Part shown: in pieces, positions 38,837 to 50,777 of the stretch
How the letters are laid out: the number at the start of each line of letters is the position of its first letter
Position numbering within the stretch: position 1 is the first letter of the stretch
Assembly: GCA_001662655.1 (NCBI GenBank)
Contig: KV460212.1
Strand: one strand, 5' to 3'
Source of the DNA: Pseudogymnoascus verrucosus
Taxonomy: Eukaryota
Length of the DNA: 64,000 nucleotides
Position numbers and translations under genes: made by a program
The notes under the pieces: generated by a model
Told to the model about the DNA's origin: nothing
The model's input: the letters and a program-made list of their open reading frames with translations, nothing else
Databases searched by the model: none

Positions 38837-40419
38837 AAGAGGCGTGATGGGTGAATATAGAATTGTATGATAATGGAGGCTGAGCTGCGGAGACGCAGGT
38901 GTCGGTATTGCTGTATGAGCTTCTTTTGGGCCTGAAGCGTATGTGCACGGATTTTTAGATGTTTGAAATGGAGTTTTGTCTTTTGTTGGAATTATTTATT
39001 TGACAATTTACATTCGATTGTAACTTAAGTGATCTACATTCCTGAAGCAGGTGGTAATAAGGCCCCTCGTCGTGATGAAGGTGTCAGTGACTGAACTACT
39101 GTCTAGTCCTTCGCGAGCACTGTTGATGTTCTCCCTACTACATGTCGCACTGTCCCCGGTGCCTCTCCGGGAGAGGTAATATAACCGCCAACGCAAAGAA
39201 TATTAGATGCAATTATACAACAGGAACAGATCATGCCCCTTTCTGGGTTCTTTATAGTTGCAAAGAGAGAATGGGTTGGTGGGCGAAGAGAATGATTGTT
39301 ATCAGTGTGGATATTCAGGCGGATATACAAGCGTGTATGGATTGCAAGTGATAACGTCAACCTTGGTGACAACGTCCCGGGTGTGTACGTCAACTACATT
39401 GTTGACGAGAACGGGATCGTGGTTGTAGTAGGGGTAGGGGGAGGGGGAGGTGGATGGAACCAGAGGAGGGGGGAGAGACAGACGGCAGTGAGGGGATGGC
39501 CGTGAGAGGATGGTCGTGAGAACGCAGCGGCGGTGAGAAGGCAACGACAGTAAGAAGGTGACATTGAAGCGTCTTGCGCTTGACACAACTAGCATTTGAC
39601 ACAGCCAGCGCAAGCTGTTCCTGGGTTGGTCTGGCACTCATATGCCCCGTTTCGCTCAATTGTGAGCTTGAGCGATCTACGGTTGACCCAGGAGTCAACC
39701 TTAGTGCGCGATGGCCTTGCCCACCCTGTAACTCCATCTTCATCGCTTTTAAATCTTGTCTTCCAAATCGGCTTCCAATTCTCTACCGCCTCAAATATCT
39801 CTCGGGACATAGTTGTTTTGTCGCCATCCCTTACCCCTACTCTAGCAAGAAACACAAAGTCGACTATGGCTCCGTCTACCTCCTGAACCCCCTGTAACAA
39901 TGCAGGAAAAGACTCGTCTCGGGTTGAACAGATGTGAGAGTTTCATATCATCGAATCATGCTGGGTCATCAGAATATCCTCCTTTTGTAATTCGGCTGCC
40001 TCGGGTTCAAGTTTGACTACCATTATATACTCCTCGCAACACCCGCGAGGGTCCCGCAGTCTATGATCCGCAGCAGCGAACTACTAGAGGTGGCAAGAGT
40101 TGCAGATGCAGAAATCCACGATCTCTATATTCCAAACATTGCCAGTTCGTATTCAAGTATCCTCACTATGGATTTTAACAGCGTCATCCTACTGGGAAAT
40201 GGGCGCTCGAGGATACCACCAAAACCATTAACAGGCTGTATAAGAAGTTTGTAGGAATGGACGCCATAGGGGACACCGCCGACCACGCCGCCGCGGAAGC
40301 CATCGACCGCATGGCATCACCACCGACCTTCTCACCGCTTTGCTCTTGTCACCGCTCCTGTATTTTTCTCGACTCATAACTGTCAACAGACATGGGACAC
40401 CTACTCTTGCAAAGATGTA

Positions 40420-40592
40420 TTGTACGCCTCATCCACAGAGCTGTGTAGCATACCAACAATTCTTCCATCTAGATCGATGACACATGAGCCTGAATCACCC
40501 TTATACGAGAAACGATGTAGTCCTGGTATGTTTACTGCGCGAAATTCTGTTGTAGGGTCTTGAAAACAGTAGTAGCCCAGATCTGATCTCAT
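40420..40592 (-). pseudogene. Fragment of trypsin-fold serine-protease-like gene (Ssy5/peptidase S64-like C-terminus)
   Basis: Translation ...TTEFRAVNIPGLHRFSYKGDSGSCVIDLDGRIVGMLHS contains the GDSG nucleophile motif followed by a G-x-I-V-G-h strand. No recognisable upstream coding sequence. Confidence 0.55.
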
Positions 40593-41080
40593 GTAGCGTG
40601 GGCATGGGGGGTGATATGAGGCATGGGTGAGAGAGAAGTGAAAAGCAAGTAAGAGAATAAATAATAATTTGAAATCTACGCATTGTACAATACAATCCCA
40701 CCGAGTTTACTTGAAGCTGGGATATATTACCACGCCAGTGAGACACCTCGACAAGAACAGCAGACATATCACGATGAACGGAAGCAAATTTCAATGAACA
40801 ACCTAGTCTTTGTCATTGATTTGAAGTAAAACGATCTCAGGGCAGCGCCTCAGGTCAGACAGTATCTGCGAATTGCAATCCAGACTCATCTCCCTATTCT
40901 CCTCGAGCCTTGACCTGTTAATGCTTCTGTGTCATTTCATATACTCTTAATGCTCCTTCTCCATTCCATCACTTTTTCGTCGTTTCCAGTTGCTTGTCTC
41001 GGTAGTCGGGGTTTCGGAGGGATCGATACCGTGAGCCATAAAGCAATCTCCTAATCATCCGACTGCTTATTAGCCATATG

Positions 41081-41710
41081 TCACAACTCCACAGGTAGTT
41101 TTCCGTTTTTAGCATCCCAATACATCGTGACTACGTTTTCAACCCTCTCGCCAATGAAGCGGACCTCGTCACCAATGATGCGGTCAAACATTCTGAGATC
41201 CATGCCACATTCGTCTCTGAGGCGCTTGAAGAATTGGTCGGTATCTTGCTGAAGCTTGTTCATGTCCCGCTCAAGTTTATCCGAGGCGTCCCTGAGGTTT
41301 TTAGAGTTATGGTTAAGCGCGTTAATAGCACTAAAATGTTTAGTAGTGATTTGCTTGAGATCGCTAATGGATTGCTTGTGTTTGGGGATGGCTTGTTCAA
41401 GACGCTCCGGTAATGGCTGACTCTGGCCTGCGTCTTGCTGATGTTGGTCAAGATATTGCTTGAGCGCCTTATCGTTTCGATCAATTTGGCTAGCGAGTTC
41501 ACTACGCGCGTCAAGGTCTTTGTTAACCTTGTTTCTCTCACGTCGGACGTGCTGACATTCACTCTCTACATTCCTAGCGACCTTCTCAAGGTGAATAGCT
41601 TCTTGCATGAGTCTGACGAACTCTTGGCGGAGTTGGATGTCCTTGATGGTATCGAACGGGGAGTTGTTGTCACCACTTGGTCCCGCAGTGTTTCCGGCAG
41701 GTTCTGACAT
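41081..41710 (-). CDS. Hypothetical coiled-coil protein, 209 aa
   Basis: Single uninterrupted ATG-initiated ORF with heptad-like, charged helical sequence. No recognisable family. Confidence 0.75.
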   Translation of the reverse strand: MSEPAGNTAGPSGDNNSPFDTIKDIQLRQEFVRLMQEAIHLEKVARNVESECQHVRRERNKVNKDLDARSELASQIDRNDKALKQYLDQHQQDAGQSQPLPERLEQAIPKHKQSISDLKQITTKHFSAINALNHNSKNLRDASDKLERDMNKLQQDTDQFFKRLRDECGMDLRMFDRIIGDEVRFIGERVENVVTMYWDAKNGKLPVEL

Positions 41711-42063
41711 CGCGAAGTTTGATCGTCGGTTGAAGCTACACAGAGTCTGTCAGGACAATTGCATCACAAGATAGGAGTTTGTCAATTACCTGAATCCTAG
41801 GATCTGAGTTCAATGAAACCTTGATACCGACTCTGACGTGGGGATTGTCGAGTAGAACGCTATAATGATATAGCGTCAGTTAAAAAGTGTCTGGAGGTTT
41901 GTGTGACGAGGTTGAGGTGGAATACTTGCCTGAATTGAGGTTTGGTTGAGGTGATTGACTTCGAAACTGCAAGTAGCGGAGCCCGGGGAGCTTGGCAAAG
42001 AGTGTTAGAAGGTGCGTATTGGAGGATCGGGAGGTTATTTACCTGTGTTTAGATCTCTCGTGA

Positions 42064-42127
42064 TAGCAATGGATTGTAGTAGCAATGGATTATGGTAGCA
42101 ATGGATTATGGTAGCAATGGATTATGG
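42064..42127. repeat. 16-bp tandem repeat, 4 copies (TAGCAATGGATTATGG)
   Basis: tagcaatggattgtag + tagcaatggattatgg x3. Confidence 0.95.
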
Positions 42128-42522
42128 TGACGAGGTGTGAGGATGGGTGTTGTGGTGTCGAGGGTTGGAGGCGTTAAGGGTTGAAGATTGGAGATGCTGT
42201 GAGAAGTGAGAAGTAGAAGGTGCGAGTGGTTGCTTCTATGTAGCATATAGCTTACTATTTTGGCAGGTTGGAGTCGGGAAAGGTTGGGCATACTGGTACG
42301 AACTTCAGCTGGAATGAACTGCGCGTTGATCGGAAGTGGATTTCAATATACAACCCAAAAATCAATCATAAGTAAAAGTGAAACTTCCTACATATAGAAC
42401 CTCATAGATCAAATACATCTGCCCCTTTCAAACCATTTACCCACAATTTTCCATGCGCCCTGCCCAGTTAACCCCCCGACCGCCATCATTTCACCACTCC
42501 ATCTTCATCAAACAAGCCCTGC

Positions 42523-43150
42523 CTATTCGCCCTTTAGCACCATAACATCATCCAAATAACCAGAATACTCATCAAACAACTCAATCAACTCCAACATCGG
42601 CCCCTTACTCTTCTCCTCCTCATGCTCCCTAATCCTCTTCCTCAGGACTTCCCCCACAATCTGCCCATCCCCCCCCAGCCCTGCCACATCTACAAACTCC
42701 ACCCCGCCAAGAAATTCCTCAACTTCCCCCTCCAACTTCCCAGCATCCCGACTAAACCCCGCCGTACCCTTCTCCAACTCCGCAGCAGCTTGTTCAGCAA
42801 TTCGTTTAACTTCTATAGAAGCTTGTTCAAGCTGACTATTAGCGATCATAAATCGCTGAGTAGCTTCCCGCACTTCGCTGGAGGCTTAGTTGAGAGACTC
42901 GGCGGCTGTAAGGGCGTCGGCGTTGTGTTTTATGTGGTGGGCGGAGGCTTTGAGGGAGGTGTCGGCGAGGTTGAAGGAGTTGGAGGCTTGTTTGGCGTTT
43001 GGTGGTGGTGAGGGTGAGGTGGGAGGCTGATTAGCGGAGTTGGTCGCTGGAGTGTTTGAGGTGGGATATGGTGAGGAGAAGTTGGCTTGGTTCTGTTGTA
43101 GGTTCTGTTGTGGGTTCTGTGGTGGGTTCAGTAGTTGATGTCATTGTCAT
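42523..43150 (-). pseudogene. Disrupted helical/coiled-coil protein gene (two premature TAA, one frameshift)
   Basis: ATG 43150: MTMTSTTEPTTEPTTEPTTEPSQLLLTISHLKHSSDQLR*SASHL. A frameshift near 43000-43015 follows, then NAKQASNSFNLADTSLKASAHHIKHNADALTAAESLN*ASSEVREATQRF...VLKGE*. Stops at 43033-43031 and 42888-42886. Confidence 0.8.
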
Positions 43151-44588
43151 GTATCGGGAGGTAATACTTGGATATAGACTTCAGCGAGTTGCGAGGATGA
43201 GATTTGAAGGTTGGTGTTGGGTTCTCATGGTGTTGTTATAAGGTATGTGGCCGTGGGAAAGTGAGAGTAACCTTGCACATAAATAAGCACGTCAAGAACG
43301 TGGGATATCTAGAACTGCAGGACAGGCCTTCAACGCCACAGCACACAATATGCAGATCTGCCAGGAAGGTAATACTCAGTGCTCAAACGAAAGTAGATAA
43401 TTGCGTGAGATATGCGCATCGAATTTGAGCCAGAGATGTCGATAGTAGCGTTGATGTTCATATGAGGTGCATTTCAGGCACCACTCCTCTCGCTCACGTG
43501 CAATGCAATGCAATGCGACTCCCATGCAATCAATATCTACTATATAAACCACACTCTCTCCTAATTACTGCACATACTGAACGAATATCTCATAGTACTA
43601 ACACAGGCAATTCACCAAGATGCCATACTCGTGCACAATTCCATCACAAGAGTGAGTTATACAACCCTTTGTGCATAATTAAAAATCTCACCACAGCACC
43701 ATAAAATTATGCCTTGCCCCGTAAGACAACACAGCCAAACACAGCCAAACAAATACGGGTCGTGTCAACCTTACGAGCCGCTCCGACACTGCTTCGCCAT
43801 ACCACTACCACGTCGTTAACCGTGACACAACCGCAGCAAGCCTCGGGTGGACGACACTGTCACGCCGGCAGTGGAGTGGGCTTGTATGAGGGCTGCGCCG
43901 CATTTTAACGAGCTCCATATTTTTGCAGCATTTCTGCATCCTTCACGCGAGAAACACAGCATAATACTTGGTTAGGCGAAATGAGGGGGCTGCTTGGCAG
44001 CTTGAGATCGACGAGGCTGAAGCTGTCAGTGTTCAATCAGGAGACAGGGAAATAGGGAAATATAGGTGCGGTGGACCAAAATAGTATAAATAGCAGCTCA
44101 GCCTCGCTTGGCACCAGTGATGGGTAGCGATGGTGCCTGATGGGGACTAGGGGCACCTGTCTAGTTGCTGTCTAGTTGCTGTCTAGCATGTGTCTAATTG
44201 CCACTAGCCCCCATTTACCTATGTCTAACCCCATCTGTACCTATCTGAGCCCTCTTAAATCCCATCCAGACCCCATTTTGCCCCACTCAGACCCCTGTCA
44301 GCCCTCCGTCGCCCATCAATCTGTCAAATAAGCTCGGTGTGTTAGCTGGCCGACGGTCCACACCTATTCCTACTGACACCCCCCCTGAGCCTCCTTCAGT
44401 TCAAGGCAACTAAAATGACTAGGAAGGCCTTCCATGTCCTTAAATCTTTCCGCGTCCCGTCCTCTTCCTTCAACGCGATCAAAAAGTAAATTCCGACAAA
44501 ACATCTTCAACCACGGAATCGTCGTCGACATCAACAAGCAGACGCCAAACGCCCACTAATAATATCATAATATCGCGTCGCAGCAGCA

Positions 44589-46048
44589 ATGGCTCCAAGA
44601 AGAGGAGGAGGATACAGTAGTGGGGGTGGTTCAACTTGCGCTCACTGTCTTGATACCTTCACTATGACTGGATATGGCTGGCAGGTAAGGAGACAGAAGC
44701 TGAAGCCTATCGTTTCCAGAGTTTGCTAACAAATGAATCAGAACCCGACCACTACGGCGTTGTTTGCCATGTATATCATACTTTTGATCATCCTCATCGT
44801 GTGCATGTTTCTCACGAGGCGCTTTAAATGGATCCGCGAGAGGGGAACCGACAAGCTGCGAAACAGAGGATACTTCATCGCTACGTTGTTCATGTTTTTG
44901 TAAGAGATGCACCATTCTAACGCTCCTTGAATTCAACCGACTGACTTTCCAACCTAGCGACATCCTCTTGGCGGTTATCTTCATGGCCATGGGTGAATCT
45001 TTCGTCGAGGTAACTTACCTGATCTACATTGGCTACCTCATCCAGGGATTTTTCTCCCGAGTTGCCAATGTCTTGATCGTGGCAATCATCGCTCGCACCA
45101 TCACTGAAGACGTTGGCACGGTATCTCAAAAGATTGCCAGCTACGCCGTCGGATTACTGTGGACAATTACCACAATCAGCTTTGGCTTCTTGATCGCCGT
45201 CTACGCCGAGGTCATGTCTATGGGATATGTCGAAAGGATCGCGTCTGATGGCCAGCTGTATACGTTAATTCTCGAGGCGTCATATATGTTCGCGCTCGCC
45301 CTCTTCCTCACCGCGCTCGCCATTTTCGCCGTATTGAAGAGGAGTTCCAAGGTATGCTCTAACCCCCCCCTCACACAAGAAAAGAACCCCCATTCTAACA
45401 CCACGCCAGGGAACACTCCTGATGCTCACCATCGTCATGCCCGCCCTCTGCCTCATGACCCTCCTCGAACTCGTCAAACAAGCCGTCTACAACTTCTCCA
45501 GCGACCCCTACGTGAGACGAAGCTACACCCTCTCCTATGCCAGTTCCTTCATCGCCGTCTTCGCACTCATGGCCATCTTCCTCACCGTCGCACTCATCGG
45601 CGGCCTGCGCCAACGCCACTCCGACGCCAGCGGCCTCACCCAGGAGCAGAAACTCGCCCAACCCGGCCCCCACTACGTCGCAGTCGGTCCCTACACTGCT
45701 CCCGCTCCCTACAACCCCCACGGAACCCAACTGGCCGACGGCCAATATGAGCCGCAGACCCAGTACGGCGCTCCCGTTCAACAGGGACAGCAACAACCAT
45801 TCCAGTACGTGCCGCCGAATTACGGGCAGCAGCAGCAGCAGTACGCGCAATACCCTGTTCCGGGCCAGTTTGGGCAGCAGCAGCATGCCGAGATGTCGAA
45901 CACACCTGCGATGGGATCTGCTAGCGTAACAACGGCTGCGTCGCCGGTGCAGTACGCGGCGCCGGTTGCGGTGTCGCCGGCACCGTATGGGTCGTCGGTG
46001 TCGCCGCCGCCGCAGCATGATCCGTATCAACACAAGACGTATCAGTGA
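44589..46048 (+). CDS. Multi-pass (about 7 TM) membrane protein with Pro/Gln/Tyr-rich C-terminal tail, ~428 aa
   Basis: Exons 44589-44684, 44742-44899, 44958-45351 and 45410-46048, all introns GT-AG with branch points and frame preserved. N-terminus MAPRRGGGYSSGGGSTC; multiple hydrophobic helices. Confidence 0.85.
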
Positions 46049-46595
46049 GGGGTGAAAGGGGAGAATAGTATGAGAGAGGAGAGAGAGATTGATTGTAGAG
46101 AGAGCATTTAGGTGTTATACCCGGTTTTTGGCGCGATGGATGGGGGTGTGTTTTTGGCCTACCTGATAACATAACGAGAGGGGGTGATAATGAGATTGGT
46201 ACTATATTAATGTATATAGAATTACTTTTTAAGTGAATTATGATTTATTTACGTATGTGACGAGACATGCAACTCAGTGAGCCATATTTCGAATGGTGTC
46301 AAGTCATAAATAACCGGTAGGATGGTTGAGCCCTTGGTCCCTGTTACTTGGCACATGTGACGGCGTTACAGTGCATTTTCACAGTGCACAATATGCGAAG
46401 CACCACCACCAGAAATGAACGTTTGTTTCAACGTCAGCTGGGCCTGATTTTACTCCCACAGACACCCATAAATCCCTTTGCAACAACCAATGTAACCTAA
46501 AGTTTCGCTTACTTAGCCAGCATCTCTCAGACTGGTATTGTCTCTAACAGTCACCACCCTGCCTATCCTCTTCCCCACTCCCATCACATCACCAA

Positions 46596-48164
46596 ATGGC
46601 ACTCCCATTCCTCCCCGAAGAACTCCTCGAACGAATATGCTCCTACCTCTGCCCCCACTGCCAAACCCCCCACGACATCCCGAACACCGACTCGCCATGC
46701 GTCCAGACCAGCAAAGCCACCCTAGCCCGCCTCTGCCTCGTCTCAAAGCGGCTCCTCGCCATCGCCCAGCCAATCCTCTACCACTACTACGCAACCGGGA
46801 ACATTATCGGCCCCCTCAACCCCAAGGTGTCCTCCTACCCCACCGCAGACGACAAGCTCCCCTCCTTTCTGCGCACTATAATCCACCGCCCCATTCTCGC
46901 GACACATATCCGCACCCTCCAGCTTCAGGAAACTCAAAGTCCTAATCTCCCTGCCTTTGCGCCCGAGCTCCTCCCACTGTTTAACAGCACCAGCGAAGCC
47001 CATGGCATTAGGGCGCCCATAGCTGCGCAATGGGTCATCGATCCCACACTGCCGCGCCCAAAAGACGCAATCGAGAAAAAGACACGCATAGCCATCCACC
47101 TCTGGCTCCGCGAACTCGCCATCATTCTTACCCCCCGCACCTCTCATCTGATATTCGGCCACAGCCCCTTCCTCCCGCGCACCCACATAGAGCCCTCATC
47201 CCGACTCCTCCCAGCTCTCACGTCCCTCTCGTTCCGCAACGGCGTGAATGGGTATAACCTAGCCATGATGCTGCCGCTGCTGCGGATGGCGCCGAACCTG
47301 ACATCGCTGCACGCGACCGACATCTTCGGTTACTACGGCGAAGGGCTAGGGGTTAGTGCGCCTCTGTCGCTGCCGGGGGTGCGGAGGTTGGTGGTGGAGG
47401 GGATGAGGATGGATGGTTTTTGCGAGATGGTGGGGTGGTGTGGGGGGTTGAGGGATGTGGAGTATCATTACCACCGCAATTTTTATGGGCCGGAGATATT
47501 AGGGGCTTTGGCGCCGCTTAGGGGGGTTTTGAGGAGGTTTTGCGTGATGTTCATATCGGGGAGGTTGGCGTCTTATAGTGATGTTAGTGCACCCTACGAG
47601 TACTTGATGCCGAAGAGCCAGCCTGAGACTATACAATCGCTACAGGAGTTTTGCCAGCTGGAGGAGTTGGTGATCGACCAGTGGGCGTTTAATTACTATG
47701 GTAATGGCCACGGAGGTTCGAAGAGACTCGTTACGCTACTACCTTCGTCGATTCAAACTGTGCATTTCAGATATATCCATAGAAGCATGCAAGCCGAACT
47801 ACAACAGCTCGCGCTGGCGGTACCGAACAAGTTCCCCAAGCTACGGCGCTTGAAGATCGGCATAGCGGATAACTGCAAGCCGGAGTGGAGACATGAACTA
47901 GAGAAGATGCGCTCCGTGGAGGCGGACTTTGCGGATGTGGGCGTGCAGGTGGAATGGGGCGTGGATGGGGGCTATCCGTGTCCTGGGTCGGCAATGCCGC
48001 GACACACGGTGTTCCCAGAGTCGGAACTTGTTGTCCGTCGTTCTGCTGACTCCGCGTCGTTCATCGAGATGGAAAACACAACTACTCAACGTGGAAGGCG
48101 CAGAGTGATACCGAGGATACGTGAGAGAATTTCATCTTTCCGCTCTACCTATCTATCTGGCTGA
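46596..48164 (+). CDS. F-box-like protein with leucine-rich-repeat-like C-terminus, 522 aa
   Basis: N-terminal LPEELLERICSYL...TLARLCLVSKRLLAIAQPILYH, FLRTIIHRPILATHIRTL, and LRR-like LPALTSLSF, APNLTSL, LEELVI, LPSSIQTV, FPKLRRL. Confidence 0.85.
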   Translation: MALPFLPEELLERICSYLCPHCQTPHDIPNTDSPCVQTSKATLARLCLVSKRLLAIAQPILYHYYATGNIIGPLNPKVSSYPTADDKLPSFLRTIIHRPILATHIRTLQLQETQSPNLPAFAPELLPLFNSTSEAHGIRAPIAAQWVIDPTLPRPKDAIEKKTRIAIHLWLRELAIILTPRTSHLIFGHSPFLPRTHIEPSSRLLPALTSLSFRNGVNGYNLAMMLPLLRMAPNLTSLHATDIFGYYGEGLGVSAPLSLPGVRRLVVEGMRMDGFCEMVGWCGGLRDVEYHYHRNFYGPEILGALAPLRGVLRRFCVMFISGRLASYSDVSAPYEYLMPKSQPETIQSLQEFCQLEELVIDQWAFNYYGNGHGGSKRLVTLLPSSIQTVHFRYIHRSMQAELQQLALAVPNKFPKLRRLKIGIADNCKPEWRHELEKMRSVEADFADVGVQVEWGVDGGYPCPGSAMPRHTVFPESELVVRRSADSASFIEMENTTTQRGRRRVIPRIRERISSFRSTYLSG

Positions 48165-48214
48165 AGTACTCCTATCTAATCCCTGCCCTTTATATAGAGT
48201 TAAACCATAGCTAC

Positions 48215-49816
48215 CTATCCCGAGAGCGGCTTGCGTCCATGGACAATGTAACTGCCACTATTAGCACTCCCCCCTATAACCAAGAAAAAGCACGGAGAAA
48301 CTCACTAAGGCCAATATGCGTGGATACTACGATCCCGAATCTCCTTCCTCACCCCCACCAAAAACACCGAAACCTCCTCCGGCGTCCACCCCAACGCCTT
48401 CTGGAACACCCTCATCGTCATCCCCTCCAAATTACTCAACAAGTTCTCCATCTCCCACGCTCCAAGTACCTTCATCCTCGGATCCTTGGGCCACGTGTTA
48501 CACGGCAACTTCACCACCTTGACCGTCACATCCTCAAACCCTCGCTCCTCGAACCACCCCTTCCAGCGCAGCGGATCGTCGATCGGCGTCCCGAATATCT
48601 TGGCCGATTTGTTCAGGTTGTCGGCGAATTTCTGGAAGCTGCCGTCCACGGGGAGCGTGTTGTCGTCGGAGCCGATGCAGGCTGTTACGGCTTGGAACTC
48701 GACGTATCCGCCTGGTTTCACATGACTGTTGGGGTTAGTTATTGGGATCGGGAGTTATGAGGGAGGGAGAAAAGGGGGACTGACGTGTAGCACTGGTCGA
48801 TTAGCTTGGGAAAGTCGCGGCAGGCGAGGAGGAGGTCGCGGCAGAAGATGAAATCGAAGCTGTTCTCTTTCCACATCCACGGACGCTCCATGTCGTCTAG
48901 CTCGAAGCGGCAGTTCGGGGGGACCCTGAGGTTTGTTAGGCTCCTGTTGAGATTCGGATGAGGGACATTAGAAATACCAATCTGGCTGTGTAGGTGCAAT
49001 GTCCACTCCGATGACCTGTAGAAGTAAGGAAGGTGCCACGTTCTAGAGGCAAGGAAACGAACCTCAGCTGATGGATATTCATCGGCCACGTCTATGCACC
49101 AGATTCCTGAATCGAGTGAGATTAGGACGGGTCGTACGCACATGTTGAGCCCCCCTTACCTGTGCCGCACCCGAGATCCAAGATCTTCTGAGGATTGCTT
49201 CCGATCGGGGCGAGGAAGCGCTTCTTCTCAAGCAATGCGTAGTACTTTGCGTGGCACATATCGATGCGGTCCAGCTCTGCCTCGTCCATGGGGAGGCCAT
49301 ATTCTGCCACTGCGTGAGACCTTGTACTTGGAGAAAGGGTGTCTCGGAGAAGGCATACCTTCTTTCCCGTAGACGGCGTAGGTCCTGCCGCCCTCCCCTA
49401 TCTCGCCTCGGAGGATGGATGAGGTGATGGAGGTGTACGAACTACCGCCTACGCTTGCCACATCATTCGCCTGTAGGATCCCGTGTCAGTTTTCGTAGTC
49501 CACGTGTTAGGCATGGTGCAGCATGGCGCCTACCTCGTCTTCAAAGTCATCATATGCTGTCTGTGAGAAATGTCAGTATCACCGTGCCATTAACCTCCCT
49601 CCACTCCATCCCAGGCACTGCTGTGACCAGCATGTAGGGCAACATTTCCAAATAAGAAGCGCGAGTTCAATGCTACACCACATCTCGTACAACAAGAGAA
49701 ACGGGGTTGTGCGAAAGTGAGTCTTGGCACCCCGCTCCCCGAGCACGCCTCCTTACCTCGTCGGCCTGAATATGATCTTCCTCCACTAAAGTCGGCGCCA
49801 CGTTAGTTTCGCTCAT
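48215..49816 (-). CDS. LaeA-like (TAM-type) class I SAM-dependent methyltransferase, 9 exons, ~340 aa
   Basis: Exons 49816-49757, 49560-49534, 49470-49359, 49303-49160, 49106-49063, 49015-48978, 48925-48785, 48725-48306 and 48251-48215 (sum 1023 nt). Motifs GRTY, PMDEAELDRID, ILDLGCGTGIW, VIGVDIAPTQP, VPPNCRFELDD, FDFIFCR, KPGGYVEFQ and VHGRKP. Confidence 0.93.
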
Positions 49817-50777
49817 GGTAGGCAAAACTAAAAAAAATCGGAAAAGAAAAGCGTGATTTTTAGCACCGGGTGCGATGTCAGATGGAGAGGTGGCGTACGG
49901 GGAAAGAAGTAGTTGAGGAGAGCAAAATCAGCTTAAGGCAGGGTGGCGGTGGGGGTAGCGTCCACCACCCTTGCCAGATGTTGGCCGCTGGGGACTCGCG
50001 AATTGGGGGTCTTGAGAGCTCACGGGCCGACGCGCAACAGTGGACTTTCCGCCCCTCTAGCTTCGTTCGCCCTGCGCGAAATGCAATACGCAGCCAAGCT
50101 GGACTGTTGAACCACTATCGAGTGTGGTAATATAATGGTTGCGGTGGCGCTCACTGGCCCAACCGTGGGTAGGACCCTGGGCGGGACCCTGGCTGGCGGG
50201 GGCGTGTTAGGGGTTCATGCGTTGGGGACGCAGGGATGCGGGTGGCCTGACACGCGGGATGATGGGGGCGGCGTCGTGGCGTGGAGGCTAATGGAACGGC
50301 GGGTCCCTTCCGGTTCGCTGGCCTCGAAAGAGATATGCTGGATTCCTCAGGCGACGTCGCGACGGCGTGGAAGGCAGGCAACGGAATAGGCATAAAGGAT
50401 GCGCTGCCCATGCGGTAACCTGGCAAGGGCGAGGCGGGCAAGTGCTTCGTGCTGGCGCTTCTAACATCGATTTGTCAAAGCGATTCGGTCGCACATGGGC
50501 ACGTCTTCTTACCGGAGTCTTGCCGGAGTTTCTTGTGCTGATGGTGGGGGGTAGCAGGGAGCTGGAGGGGTGACAAAAGAGGGGCATCTGGAGTATGCTT
50601 CTAAAGCAGACAACCGCGCCTCCCACAGCCCACTCTCCTTCCTGTTCCTAAATAGCCTGCTTAAAGCCGGATATTCGCCACATCAGCAAAAGCAAGTGCC
50701 GCCTCATCCATCTCCACCCCCAAAACACTGTGTCGGTAATCCAACAAAGACCCTGCCCTCATAAAAACCCGCTGTCA

